A stretch of 64,000 nucleotides of DNA from Zootoca vivipara (lineage: Eukaryota). Positions 45,001 through 58,251 of this stretch are shown here, in pieces. Both the position numbers and the translations under genes were made by a program. The stretch is taken from contig NC_083285.1 of the NCBI RefSeq assembly GCF_963506605.1, positions 69,378,001-69,442,000 on the forward strand, written 5' to 3'. Under the pieces are notes generated by a model. That model had not been told where the DNA came from, did not search any database, and saw only the letters and a program-made list of their open reading frames with translations. How positions within the stretch are numbered: the stretch's first letter is position 1; each line of letters begins with the position of its first letter.

Positions 45001-46181
45001 GACATCTGAAGGGAGGGCGTTCCACAGGGTGGGTGCCACTACCGAGAAGGCCCTCTGCCTGGTTCCCTGCAACTTGGCTTCTTGCAGGGAGGGAACTGCC
45101 AGAAGGCCCTTGGCACTGGACCTCAGTGTCCGGGCAGAATGATGGGGGTGGAAACGCTCCTTCAGGTATACAGGACCGAGGCCATTTAGGGCTTTAAAGG
45201 TCAGCACCAACACTTTGAACTGTGCTTGGAAACGTACTGGGAGCCCATGTACAGTGCAATTGCGACAGGCATCCAACTAGCATGGCAAGATAAGGCGCCA
45301 CTGGTGCTTTCAAATAAAATTGTTATACTTTTTTATTTATATATGTTTTTCACATTTTCAAAAAGAAAACATATTTTCAAAAAAAAAACCACATACATAT
45401 ACACTTAAGTGTACTGTATATTGGTCTGTTAAACATTAAAAGCTTCCCTAAACAGGGCTGCCTTCAGATGCCTTTAACAAACATGCACAGGATGAAAGGA
45501 AAGGCCAAAAACTTCCATCATTTTAAAAAGGGGCAGAGAGCAGCTCCAGACAGACAACTTATTGGAAGGGCTTTTTCCAGTTAGGAACAATAATTTCCTT
45601 TATTATTTATTAATTTATTAATTTATTTATTACTTTATTTATTTATTTATTTATTTATCCAAGCAAAAATGGTAACTCATATCTTCTATAAATTTACAAT
45701 ATATAGAAGTGCTGTAGAACTGCCTCTTTAAAATAAACATGCCGCATAAAGGCATAAAGCAAGAACATTTTTTTTCATTTCCCCAGGGGGGACTATATAA
45801 ATACCCCCTCTGGGAGATTCCACAGATGGGAAGCCACTATCAAGAGCAGCAAGGCCAGGGAATAAGCTGCCAACTTTACATAGGCAAACTTACACAGATC
45901 TAATGCACTGATTAGAAACAGAATTGTAGAGTTGGAAGAGACCCCCAGGGTCATCTAGCCCAACTCTCTGCTGTGCAGGAATCCTGCCCACAGATGGGCT
46001 CAACACCCCCCCCACCTCCTGCTTAAGAACCAGAAGCACCGGCCCCCACCGCACAGCAAAGTTGCAAAACCAACAGCTGCAGCAGCTGGATCTGCCCCTT
46101 CTCCTAATGCTCACCTTCCGCCAAAGTGTTAGGGATCAGGCAGCCCAACAGGCAGAGCCCAAGGTAGACAACGTGTCCCAT
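42090..46181 (-). CDS. Secreted C-type lectin-domain protein (REG/lithostathine/snake-lectin-like), 167 aa
   Basis: Exons 46181-46115 (signal peptide MGHVVYLGLCLLGCLIPNTLAE), 44572-44460, 44356-44219 (LASI...VWIGL), 43322-43211 (WYWNDGS), 42163-42090 (W..RSC...PFLCKF-stop); six CTLD cysteines; GT-AG introns. Confidence 0.9.
42338..42470. other. Assembly gap (133 N) in the last intron of the lectin gene
   Basis: N run. Confidence 1.
44845..45250 (-). mobile_element. L2 3' fragment (others at ~10490-10793, 32560-32935, 37050-37247)
   Basis: [13 protein letters not shown]...AFSVVAPTLWNALP...RHLKAALF. Confidence 0.85.
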
Positions 46182-47954
46182 CTTCTGGTTCTCCTGGGAA
46201 AACAAAGTGTCAGCAGCATCTCAGTGTATTCTCGCATCCCCCACATTCTAGAGCCCCTCGATCTTATGCTCTGATGGGGTAGGCTCAGATTCTGGAGGGC
46301 AACTCTTAATTGCTACCCCCCCCCGGGCTGGTATCAGGGATGCAGGTGGCGCTGTGGGTTAAGAAGGTCAGCGGATCAAATCCCTGTGACGGGGTGTGTG
46401 AGCTCCCGTTGCTCGGTCCCTGCTCCTGCCCGCCTAGCAGTTCAAAGGCACATCAAAGTGCAAGTAGATAAACAGGTACCGCTCCGGCGGGAAGGTAAAC
46501 GGCATTTCCGTGTGCTGCTCTGGTTCGCCAGAAGTGGCTTTGTCATGCTGGTCACATGACCGGGAAGCTGTACGCCGGCTCCCTCAGCCAGGAAAGCGAG
46601 AAGAGCGCCGCAACCCCAGAATCGGTCACGACTGGACCTAATGGTCAGGGAGCTCACCCTGTCACGGGGATTTGAACCGCCGACCTTCTGATCGGCAAGT
46701 CCTAGGCTCTGTGGTTTAACCCACAGTGCCACCCGCATCCCAGATACCTATTAGGTCCATAAGTTACCATGTAGCATATATTCAACACAAAAAACAGTGA
46801 CCATTTGTTGTTGACAAAGGACAGCTGGACATATCAAGGGCCCCATGACCTTCAGGAGCTTAGGGCCTCATCAAACCTAAATCCGGCCCTGATGAGATTT
46901 GATTTTCATACATAATTCTTAATACAAGCTTGTATTTTCCTGTTCAAAGTAAGTATCCCTACTAAAATAATGTCAGTGTATATTCAAGACTATAAAGGTA
47001 AAAGGTAAAGGGATCCCTGGCCATTAGGTCCAGTCGTGACCGACTCTGGGGTTGCGCGCTCATCTCGCATTATTGGCCGAGGGAGCCGGCGTATAGCTTC
47101 CAGGTCATGTGGCCAGCATGACAAAGCCGCTTCTGGCAAACCAGAGCAGCACATGGAAACGCCATTTACCTTCCCGCTTTAGCGGTTCCTATTTATCTAC
47201 TTGCACTTTGACGTGCTTTCGAACTGCTAGGTTGGCAGGAGCTGGGACCAAGCAACGGGAGCTCACCCCGTCACAGGGATTCGAACCGCCGACCTTCGGA
47301 TCAGCAAGCCCTAGGCTCAGTGGTTTAACCACAGCGCCACCTGGGTCCCTTCCATTCAAGACTATAATCCATTACAATTCCAATAACAGTCATTTCACAA
47401 AATACCCCATTTAGTTCTCTGTTTTTCTTATTTTTCCAGTCTTAAATTCAGTTCTCCAGGAGTGCATGGTTTACATTTGGGGGGGGGCAGGGGATCCTCA
47501 TGAAATATCTTCAGCGTGTTAGTGTGACTTTTCCCCAATAAAACTTATTTTCACATACAGTTCTTAATAATGTACACATTTTTGCAGGGCCATTTCCCTA
47601 AGCAGAGTGCATTTTTGCCTCTTATTTCACTAATAGGTTTGTTTGTAGACACACTATCCCCTAATACATGCATTTTTCTACACGAGAGTCATTGGTTCAA
47701 AAAGTTCTGCACATTGGTTCAGAGAAGTGCAAATTTCAAAGGTTGGCTGTGCTTCAGTTTGCATATCGGTTGAAAACATGTGAATTAGGTGCTTCCAAAT
47801 TACATGCAAAGAGAGCGCAGATCTCCCTCCCATCCTTCTTACTCCTTGCAAGCATGGAGCTCATTGCTTACCTGTTTTCACTACCAGTGCCTTAACAATA
47901 AACACAAAGATGTCAAGTGAGGAAGGAGGGGATTCTGGGGGTGCCAAGACTCAC

Positions 47955-48052
47955 CTCTCTGCTTGTCCCGTCCTGGGTGGCTGGTCTGGAGTGGCGTAGT
48001 CCGAGGACCAAATTCTGAAGGATACTCAGCCACCCTTGGACCATTTTAAAGG
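47955..48052 (-). promoter_or_regulatory. Probable TATA-like element and non-coding exon 1 of the minus-strand lectin
   Basis: TTTAAAA on minus at ~48044-48050; donor GTGAGT at 47954. Confidence 0.5.
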
Positions 48053-48794
48053 GAAGGGGGGCGGTGATGACGGCTTCCAAGCAAACAAACCCACGTATCT
48101 CACCTGTCAGAAAGCAAACAGGAGAAACCACACGATGGATACTAGCAGGAAAATTTGCTCTTGGAAAACACCGTTTTATGGCGAGGCTCACTTTCAGAGG
48201 TGCCGGCTGGGAGATAAGCTGGGAATGATTTGTGTTCCAGTTCTCGGAATTACAGCAGTTGTTAACTGAAAACAAACTTGCTGGACTGGACCAGTGGTCT
48301 CTATGTGTCCCCCCAAACCCTCGTATCCTATCTTTCTTAAATATTTCGTTCAAATGATGATATTGTATCTATGTTGTTAATTTCCCTGATAATTCAGGAC
48401 ATTTACTTTTATTGATTTAGGTAATTGAGATATTGCACCGTATTTCAAAGCAATCTAAGAGGTTTCCGACATCATGCAAACATTGCAAATAAATGCCAAG
48501 AAGTGCAATCGGCAAACAGCGCTCCTTCTTTATCTTGGGGAGGCACAGCTGGGAAGTACAAGGTCCTTTCCCTTATTATTCTTGTCCAGCTCTGCTAATC
48601 CCTCTTTGTGGATTCCACCTGCTCTCTTCCCCTTTAATCTGAGCTCCTTCATCAGCCCTTTCATCTCAGGAAACTCCACCCCACCATCCCAGGTTAAGAA
48701 GGACAAAAAAAGGCTTCTCTGCCCAATTTTGCTGTCTTCCAGTGACAGATACTATGGTTATAAGAAAAAATCTGCTCCTTTTCCCTCATAGGGT

Positions 48795-49237
48795 CTTCTT
48801 CTTCGTCTTCGTCTTCTTTTGCGACCCCTCAAAGCCAAGTAAGATTGTCTTCCATAAACACGGTCTTAACAGTGAGTCCGTAAGTGACTGTGGAGGCCAA
48901 TTCTGGATCCCCACGTCCTTCTACAATGGGGACATTGGTTTCTGGGTGGGAGTTGATCACGGTGTGGATTTGCCAAGCGTGCCTATTAGCATGTTTCTCC
49001 CTTGCGTCCTGAGTTCGAGTGTCTTCAAAGCCCACGACACCTTTGGTAAAGGCTGCTCTCCAGTTGGAGCACTCACAGGCCAATGTTTTCCAGTTGTCGG
49101 TGTTTATACTACATTTTTCAAGTTTTGCCTTGAGAGCGTCTTTAAAACTATTTTGTTGACCACCAGCATTATGCTTTCCATTTTTAAGTTCAGAATAGAG
49201 TAGTTGCTTTGGAAGATGATCATCAGGCATCCTGACC
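48795..49237 (-). mobile_element. RTE-clade LINE 3' fragment inserted in an LTR-like repeat
   Basis: MPDDHLPKQLLYSELKNG...WKTLA; (GAA)-rich tail; flanks match 4870-5094 in reverse. Confidence 0.8.
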
Positions 49238-51735
49238 AGTATCCAAGAGTCCGTATAGAGTCTTTATGTAGGTTCTCTATCACTAGGAGAAAATAACAGA
49301 GGCCAAGCAGAGTATATTGAGAAACAAAGGAGCTAGTAAACCTGATCTTTAATTAAACTGTTGCAACAGGGTCCCCCACCCCCCACGCAGGGAGGGAGGG
49401 GAGGAAACCAGAACAATGGTGTGCAAGCTCTTTTATAGACTTTTGAAATTGCCTCCCCTGTAGCTCAAGACCACCCACCGAAACATCATACATACATATT
49501 ATATACTATATTTATTAGCCACCATTATTATTCCTCCCCTCAGGAGGGTGGAAAAGAGAGACATTTCCAAGTTACATATTCCTATATTTTAAGCCATTAT
49601 TATTATTAATGATAATGTATGCTGCTAAAACTGCGTTCTGTTTGAGAAAATAAATCAGAAATTGTTTTATGACTTGTTTTCACAATTTTTAAAAAATAAA
49701 TTAACAATTTCAAACTCTGTGCTTTTCATTCTGTGTTCAAACATCTGTGTTTGAAATATGATTGGCCGGGGGGGTGTGCCAGAAGGTGATCTCGCCTAGG
49801 GCGCAAAAAAACCCTAGCACCGGCCCTGACCACATTAGTGCCGCTTGGCGGAGCGGGCACTAAGAAGCTTGCCCTCTTGTGCGCTGTTCCCAGGGAGCAA
49901 GTCCCACTGAACTCAGCAGCCCCCTCGCGCTCTGGCTCCTCCCCCGCCCCACCGTGCGCGCTTCCTCCCTTCCCTCCCGTGCCTTGGCCCCGCCCCTTGC
50001 CCCCCCCTAGTTTTGATCCTGGGTACGCCCCTGTTTCCAGCAGCTGGGATTTGCAAGCAGCTGTGGGGCAGAACATAGTCGTCATGGCTAGGAGCCATCA
50101 ATACCCCCTTCCAAAATTCTGCTGTGTTGGATGCTCATGAGTTCTAACGTCATGAGAGAGGGGGGAACTTTCCCCGATTTGCTCTCTCCATGCCCTGCAT
50201 CATTTCATGAACTTCGATCACATCACGACTCGCCTGTTCTCTAAAGTGAAAAGTCCCAAATATTTCTCCCTTTCCTCCTAGGGGGTCTGGAAACCGAGCC
50301 TTATGAGGAATGGTCGAAGGAGCTGGATATGTTTAGTGTGACAAAGGGCTGTCACGAGGAAAAGGGACCAAGCTTTTTTTCTCCTGCTCTGGAAGGCAGG
50401 ACTCGATCCAATGGCTTCCAGTTACAAGAAAGGAGATTCCAACTCAACATCGGGAAGAACTTTCCGACAGTAAGAGCCGTTCAGCAGTGGAACGGTCTCC
50501 CTTGGCAGGTGGTGGACTCTCCTTCCTTGGAGGTTTTTAAGCAGAGATTGCATGGCCTTCTGACCTGGATGCTTCAGTTGAGATTCCTGCATTGCAGGGG
50601 GTTGGACTAGATGACCACTTCTGACTCTGTGATTCTATGATAGGGGAGTTGCTACATGCCCTAAGGATTGGTTTGTTTGTTTATTTCCCTCTTTCCGCAG
50701 GCTGGGGTTCGGCTTGCTTACTTCAGTGACCTGGTGTGGGCATCAGAGAGCAGTGAGAATTACGGTGAGTGGTCTCTCCTCGCCTCTCCCTCTTTCTCTT
50801 GGTGAGGAATGTTTGAATAGTCTGGTATGTTTTCAGGGAAAGCCCCAGGTGACCTGGGCCAGGTCGCCATCCAGGAAGGATATGGTAAAAGTTTATAAGG
50901 CAAATTATTCCAACAGGACTTTGATGTGAGTGGTTGGCACAAGTCTGAGTCAGGGTCATCCACTCACTCAGTTACAGTCATACCTCGGTTTAAGTACGCC
51001 TCGGTTTGAGTATTTTCAGTTTACGTACTCCGTGGGCCCGTCCGGAACGGATTAATCCACTCTCCATTACTTTCAGTGGGAAAGTTCGCTTCAGGTTAAG
51101 TACGCTTCAGGTTAAGTACGGACTTCCGGAACCGAGGTACCACTGTAATTGCCTACCATTGAGATGAAGCAAAGGTTTTCAGGCCACATTTCAGGAAACT
51201 ACGAGTAATAATAATAATAAAAATAAATTTATACCCTTCCCATCTGGCTGGGTTTTCCCAGCCACTCTGGGCAGCTTCCAACAAAAGATTAAAAATACAT
51301 TAAAACATCAGTCATAAAAACGTCCTTAAACTGGGAACATTATTCATACACTTGTGTTGGTACAACATAAAACTCATTTGAAGCACAAGTCTCACACATT
51401 GACAAGTCTCACACATTTATTGGGGGGGGGGGAGCTAGGCCTCCTCTTCATTTCCCCTTGACTTCAAGCTTTTCAAGATGGAGGGGGAGGGAACAACAGT
51501 AGTCACTTGCAATTCCTGTGCAATGTTTGTTTTCTTGCCAAAGGATGTAGGCAGCTACACCTGCAGCAATTGCAAGTTAGTTGCCCTACTAGAAGACAAG
51601 GTTGCCCTACTGGAAGGCAAGGTCCAGCAGCTTCAGACCCATGTATCCACGCTCCAGGGAATTAAAGAGCTGGAGCCTTCCTTGGATGCAGTCGAGCGCA
51701 CTGTCTGCACCAAGGAGGAGACAGGGGACATCCCT

Positions 51736-54700
51736 TTTTAAAAATAATTTTTATTAGTTTTATATAACAACACAAAGACAAACAAAACATAAAGAACATT
51801 TCTATCCACCTTCCCTCACTCCCCCCACAAGTCCCCTTCTGCCACAAGTGGATCCTGCGGGTGTTGAAAGTCGAAGATAGTCCATTTTAAAGCTGGGTTT
51901 GTCCTTTCCCCCCTCTCCCCAGCTCCTGGACCCCCCCCCCCGCCACCAGGAGGCCCCGGAACTTAAGGAGAGATTGGGATAGGGAACCCCCCAACTATTT
52001 ATATATAATCCTCCAACATAATACACAAACAAACATACAATTAAAAATATCAAATTCTTGCTTTGTTAGACATTGTATTTGTGACTTCCTCAGATCCCTT
52101 CTTCCTGATTTTCATATATCTCAATATAATTATAGCGGGTTTCTTATTCTTAATTCCGATTCTTATTCTTAAAATTCAACATTGTTTCCCTCCTTCTTCG
52201 TGCCACCTCCCCACCGGCCCCCTCCTGCCACAAGAGGAACCTTTGAGGTGCGACCCTCCAAGGGAGGTCTATTTTGTAATTGGGTTTCTTTCCACCCTTC
52301 CCTCCCCCCAAAGGCCCCCCCCCTGCCACCAGAGGCTTCAGGTCGATAGGGAGGAAGATAGGTGGCTGTCAACCCAACTACTTAGCTAAACATAGCATTA
52401 CTACTCCACAAATCTGAAATTTCTTTCCCCAGCCCTTCTTCCACCCCCCACAAGAAATATCAATATTCACATATTAATAATATCTCTAACCAAACGTCTT
52501 AACATTATTCTCTTAAACGCCCTCTCCTCTCCCCCGGAGTTTTTTTCCCCATTTGGTCCAGCAATTCCTTCATCAAGCCAAGATTTCAGAGCCGTTTTTC
52601 AGCCAGCCTAAATACCAGTTTACCATTTTTTTCATCCCACACCAAGTCTTTCCCAGTTCAAAATTCCGGTCTCCGTCCTCCCCTCGCTCTGTTTTTCCCA
52701 CCCCTCAGTCTCACTTCTCCTTTCTCTATTTTCCCCAGTCTCCCCATTTTCAAAAAACACATTCCATTGGGGGTGATGCTTCTCCACAGAGATTGCTCTC
52801 TCAATTAAATTCCCAGAACTGCTGGTATTAGTGCTCTTCTCTTCGTCTTCGTCTTTTTTCACCTTTTGTTGAGCATCATCCTCTTCTTGATTTTTGAGAT
52901 CCCTTTCATTTTCAGACATGGGCGTACCCAGGATCAAAACTAGGGGGGGCAAGGGGAGGGGCCAAGGCTCGGAAGGGGAGGGGCCACAAAGTGGGCGGGA
53001 ACAGCGAACAAAGTGGGCGGGAACAGATGCTTTTAAAATGTTCTTAAAATAGAACATTTGATGAGCGTATCTGCTGGTGGCTTAAGGTTTGCGGATTGCA
53101 ATAGATGTGTGTGGTAGAGAAGGACATATGTTAATGCAAGACGAGTAAAGACAGAGCACAGCATATATATACTGTATATAGCAACTCCGTTGGGAAAACG
53201 GTCTCTGCTAGGATTATATGGGCTGCGGGAGGTTGTGTGGCGGCCAGCCTGATCGCAAACGGGTTACCTCTTACTACGTAACAAGACACGTATCGAAGTA
53301 TTGTCGCACCGCAGCATCCCTTGGAACAAACCTGCCCCTTTATCCCTAATTGATGTCTCACAAAAAGATAGCCGCGGTTCTGCCGACGGCGTCTTAATTA
53401 TTTTGCTTTGGGTCTGACAACCGCGTTGCAAAAAGCGGGGATGTCTACCGGGAGGAAAGGAAATACGGGGCTTTGGGGGAAGGAGGCAGGAAAAGGTCTG
53501 CGTAGAGATAATGGAGGGGGCGGTGGAAATCCCGCCAGTCTCGCTGGAGAACCTGCGCATCCCTGCAGTGCATCTGTTGAGTCAGCCCCGCCGCGTTCAT
53601 CGAGGCCGATTCCGAATCCGTGCGCGCTGTGCACACAACCGTCGCCTTGCAAACCCTGAGCCCGCTTGAAATGAAGGCACTGCAGGCAGGCACAGGCAAT
53701 GATCGAGCAGCTTTCGAGAGGGGGGCGGGTGCCCAGTACCGTATTTGTGGGGGGTGGGGAGAAGGAAGTGGGTGGGATGGGAGAAGCCCTCTCACCGCGT
53801 TGCTGCAAAGGAGGCGCGGGCTCTGAGAGCGGAACTCAAATCCGCAGCGCCTTGTTGCAGGGAGGAAGCCTTTTGGCAGCGCTCCTGACGCTGTAGGCTG
53901 TGCGAGGAGGAGCGTGGGTTCCCCGCTCCCTGGTTCCCCGCCGCGCTTGGCCTTGCCTGAGGGCGCGCCGGGGAGCTGGAGGGAGGGTGCGGCGCGGCGC
54001 GGCGGGAATGGCGAACTCGCGCTCCGCCGGGCTGTGCTCCGCCTCTGCCCACCAGCCCTGCTTCTAGAGTAGGGCAGCTGCCCTAACTTGCCGTATGGTG
54101 GGTACGCCCTTGTTTTCAGAAATAACATCTTGATCCTGTCCATGGTCTGCTATATTGGCCAATGGTAAGCTAAATTGTTCCTGTCTCTTTAAGAGATCTC
54201 TCATGTCTCCCAGAATTTCCAAGTAGTTTAACACAGTCTGCCGGAAGGCTGCTGAATAGGGTGTTGACATTCTTTCTTAACCACAAACAGAGTGAAGATA
54301 AGAAGACAGTAGACATTGGAAATTTCCTTCCTCAGAAACGGTAACCTCCATATTGGCTAACCATTTTCAAAGTCTTTAACTTCTTCTATTATCAATTAAC
54401 GTCCTTAACAAAAGTTTCTCCTTCTTTCCCTTTTTGTCAGCTGTCAGATTTATTTCTTAATAACCTTGCTGAGCCTCGTGGGGTGCCAACTCCAGGGTCG
54501 AGAAGGGGTTAGAAAAAGCTTTCTTTCTTTGGAGTTATAAAAGCAATCATTTCCCTTTCGGCTTTGGGATATTTTCGCGCCTCTAAAGTCCACAGTAGGA
54601 AGAGATCGACTTCCGTTTTTTGGAATCTCTTCCTGTAATTCCAATTAAGTTTCCAAAGATCCAAATTAGAGATTTCACTTACTTTGTCCAATTTTTTTTG

Positions 54701-55004
54701 TTTCTTGGGAAGAATCCGCCGCTTGCTGGCTGAAGACTCGGGGCTTCGCTTCTTGGAGGTAACGATGTTGCCCAAGATGGCTCCCGTGACTCCACTCCTC
54801 TGACTCTCGGTCGCTCTACTGAGCTCCCGGGCAGCGGAGGTATCGCGTCCAGAGCTTTGCCGGGCTGCTAAGCCACCGGAACGCTCTTTCCATTGTTCTT
54901 ATGGGGAGTCCGTGCGCCCCACGGACTTCTCCCCCCTCCGCGATGCCAGAGACCTCGGAGCTTGAGGTCTCTGCGTCCTCTCGCCAGCGCGACGAACCAG
55001 AAGT
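51736..55004 (-). mobile_element. Non-autonomous TPRT-type retroposon inserted in CR1 ORF1
   Basis: 16-bp TSD GACAGGGGACATCCCT (51720-51735, 55005-55020); CpG-rich 5' end; AATAAA plus A-rich tail at the 3' end; no RT. Confidence 0.8.
52917..54112. mobile_element. Non-autonomous hAT element nested in the retroposon
   Basis: 14-bp TIR CATGGGCGTACCCA / TGGGTACGCCCTTG (13/14); 8-bp TSD TTTTCAGA; a related terminus lies at ~49980-50033. Confidence 0.88.
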
Positions 55005-58000
55005 GACAGGGGACATCCCTGAGGAGGTCAGTTCCCCAACACAGGACCCAGATGTATGAAGGAACGTGACTCATAGAAGCAGAAGGCCCAGGGATCGCTC
55101 TGAGTGTTTAGAACTACACAATCGATTTGAAGTGCTCTCCCTTAACACGGAAGACGAGGAACAGACTCCATTTGAAGATCTCTCCCTCATCACAGTTGAT
55201 CAGGAATATGAAGACGAGCAGCAAAGTCAGTCCTCCGGGAATATGCAGGTAACCTTGGAAGGGACAGCACATGGAAGAATCCTGAACAAGCCTATGAAGA
55301 GGCGTGTAGTGGTGATAGGGGATTCCCTACTGAGGGGTACAGAAGCAGTGATCTGTGGGCCTGACAAGATGTCTCGAGAGGTGTGCTGTCTCCCCGGGGC
55401 CAGGATCAAAGATGTAACAGAACGGCTGCAATGAATCATAAAACCCACTGATAAATACCCCTTCCTTTTGGTCCATGTGGGAACCAATGACACTGCAAGC
55501 CATAGCCTGCAGAAGATCAAAAGTGATTATGAAGCTCTGGGCAGGAAGTTGAAGCAATTAAATGCACAAATTGTCATCTCATCTGTCCTCCCAGTTGAAC
55601 AACATGGCCCAGGGAGAGAGGGAAAATAGGGGAAGTAAAAACCTGGCTTAGCAAATGGTGCAAACAGGAACGGTTTGAATTCTTAGATCACGGTCTGCAG
55701 TTTCTTGAAGATGGACTTCTGGCAACTGATGGGCTGCACCTCACAAAGGTTGTGAGGAATGTTTTTGCTATGAAACTCAAAAACCTCATCAGGAGGGCTT
55801 TAAACTGACTTATGTGGGGGAGGGAGACAGTGGTCCTGAAGGTAGGAGTCTATCAAGCACTGAAGATGTTCGTCCAAATGTCAAGGACCAAATGGAGCAA
55901 ACAGCATGCAGACCTAGTGGTGGGACGAAAATATCCTTAAATAAGAGACATGGGGGAATGATCAATGGTCTTCAATGTCTGTATACTAATGCACAGAGCA
56001 TGGGAAATAAACAAGATGAACTTGAGCTCTTGGTACAGCAAACTAAATATGACATAATAGGCATCACTGAAACCTGGTGGGATGAGTCTCATGATTGGAA
56101 TGTAGAAATAGAGGGATACAATCTATTTCAGAGAAATAGACCAAACAGGAAAGGAGGAGGAGTAGCGTTATATGTCAGGGATGTGTATACCTGTGAAGAG
56201 ATCCAGGATTAAAAACTTCAAAGCCAAATTGAGAGTATTTGGGTCAAAATTAAGGGAGAGAAAAATAACAGTGATCTCATTGTGGGAGTTTACTATAGAC
56301 CCCCAAGCCAAACTGAGGACACAGATGGTGCCTTCCTGGAACAGATGACCAAGCATTCTAAAGGAAGTGAGATAGTAGTAATGGGGGATTTCAACTATCC
56401 TGATATTTGTTGGATGTCAAACTCAGCCAAGAGCATAAGGTCGAACAGATTCCTCACTGGCCTTGCAGACAATTTCATTGTCCAAAAAGTGGGAGAAGCA
56501 ACAAGAGGATCAGCCATTTTAGATCTGGTCCTAACCAATAGTGATGACCTGGTTAGTGGGGTAGAAGTGGCAGGAGCATTAGGTGGGAGTGATCATGCTC
56601 TTCTGGAGTTTATTATTCAGAGGAAAGGAGCAACCAAGCATACTAAGACTCAAATCCTAGACTTTAAGAAAGCCGACTTCAGAAAACTTAGGGAAATGCT
56701 GGGTGAGATCCCATGGACAGAAATACTAAAAGGGAAGGGAGTTCATGATTGTTGGGAATTTGTAAAAAGGGAGATATTAAAAGCACAACTTCAGGCAATA
56801 CCAATGAGATGGAAACATGGAAGGTGCCTAAAGAAGCCAGGGTGGCTATCTAAAGAACTTTTAACTGAGTTAAGATTTAAAAGGGATATGTACAAAACAT
56901 GGAAAAAGGGGGAAATCACCAGAGAGGAATTCAAACAAATAGCCAGCACGTGTAGAGACAAAGTCAGAAAAGCTAAAGCACAGAATGAACTCAGGCTTGC
57001 TAGAGAGGTTAAAAGCAACAAAAAGGGCTTTTATGGGTATGTCCGTAGCAAAAGGAAGAACAAGGAAACAGTGGGGTCACTTAGAGGAGAAGATGGTGAA
57101 ATGCGAACAGGGAATAGAGAAAGGGCAGAACTCCTCAACGCCTTCTTTGCCTCAGTCTTCTCCAAAAAAGAAAACAATGCCCGACCTGAAGAATATGGAG
57201 CCGCTCATTCAGCAGGGGAAACACAGCCCAGAATAAGTAAGGAGGTAGTACAAGAATACTTGGCTAGTTTAGATGTATTCAAGTCTCCAGGGCCAGATGA
57301 ACTACATCCAAGAGTATTAAAAGAACTGGCAGAGGTGATTTCAGAACCACTGGCAATAATATTTGAAAATTCCTGGAGAACAGGCAAAGTTCCAGCAGAC
57401 TGGAGGAGGGCAAATATAGTCCCTATTTTCAAAAGGGGGAAAGGAGAGGACCCAAACAATTACGGCCCAGTCAGCCTGACATCAATACCAGGAAAGATTC
57501 TAGATCATTAAGCAAACGGTCTGTGAGCACCTAGAAAGAAATGCTGTGATCACTAAAAGTCAGCATGGGTTTCTGAAAAATAAATCATGTCAGACTAATC
57601 TGATCTCATTTTTTTACAGAATTACAAGGCTGGTAGATGAAGGGAACGCTGTGGATGTAGCCTATCTTGATTTCAGCAAGGCCTTTGACAAGGTGCCCCA
57701 TGATATTCTTGTAAAGAAGCTGGTAAAATGTGGGCTAGACAATGCTACCATTCAGTGGATTTGTAACTGGCTGACTGACTGAACCCAAAGGGTGCTCATC
57801 AATGGCTCCTCTTCATCCTGGAGAGTAGTGACTAGTGGGGTGCCACAGGGTTCTGTCTTGGGCCCAGTCTTATTCAACATCTTTATCAATGACTTGGATG
57901 ATGGGCTTGAGGGCACCCTGAGCAAGTTTGCAGATGACACCAAATTGGGAGGGGTGGCTAATACCCCAGAGGACAGGATCACACTTCAAAATGACCTTAA

Positions 58001-58251
58001 CAGATTAGACAACTGGGCCAAAGCAAACAAGATGACTTTTAACAAGGAGAAATGTAAAGTACTACACTTGGGCAAAAAAAATGAAAGGCACAAATACAGG
58101 ATGGGTGACACCTGGCTTGAGAGCAGTACATGTGAAAAGGATCTAGGAGTCTTGGTAGACCACAAACTTGACATGAGTCAGCAGTGTGATGCAGCAGCTA
58201 AAAAAGCCAATGCAATTCTGGGCTGCATCAATAGGAGTATATCATCTAGAT

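Noticed and set aside
54509-54775. MGNIVTS myristoylation-like N-terminus
   Set aside because: The listed start is TTG, not ATG.
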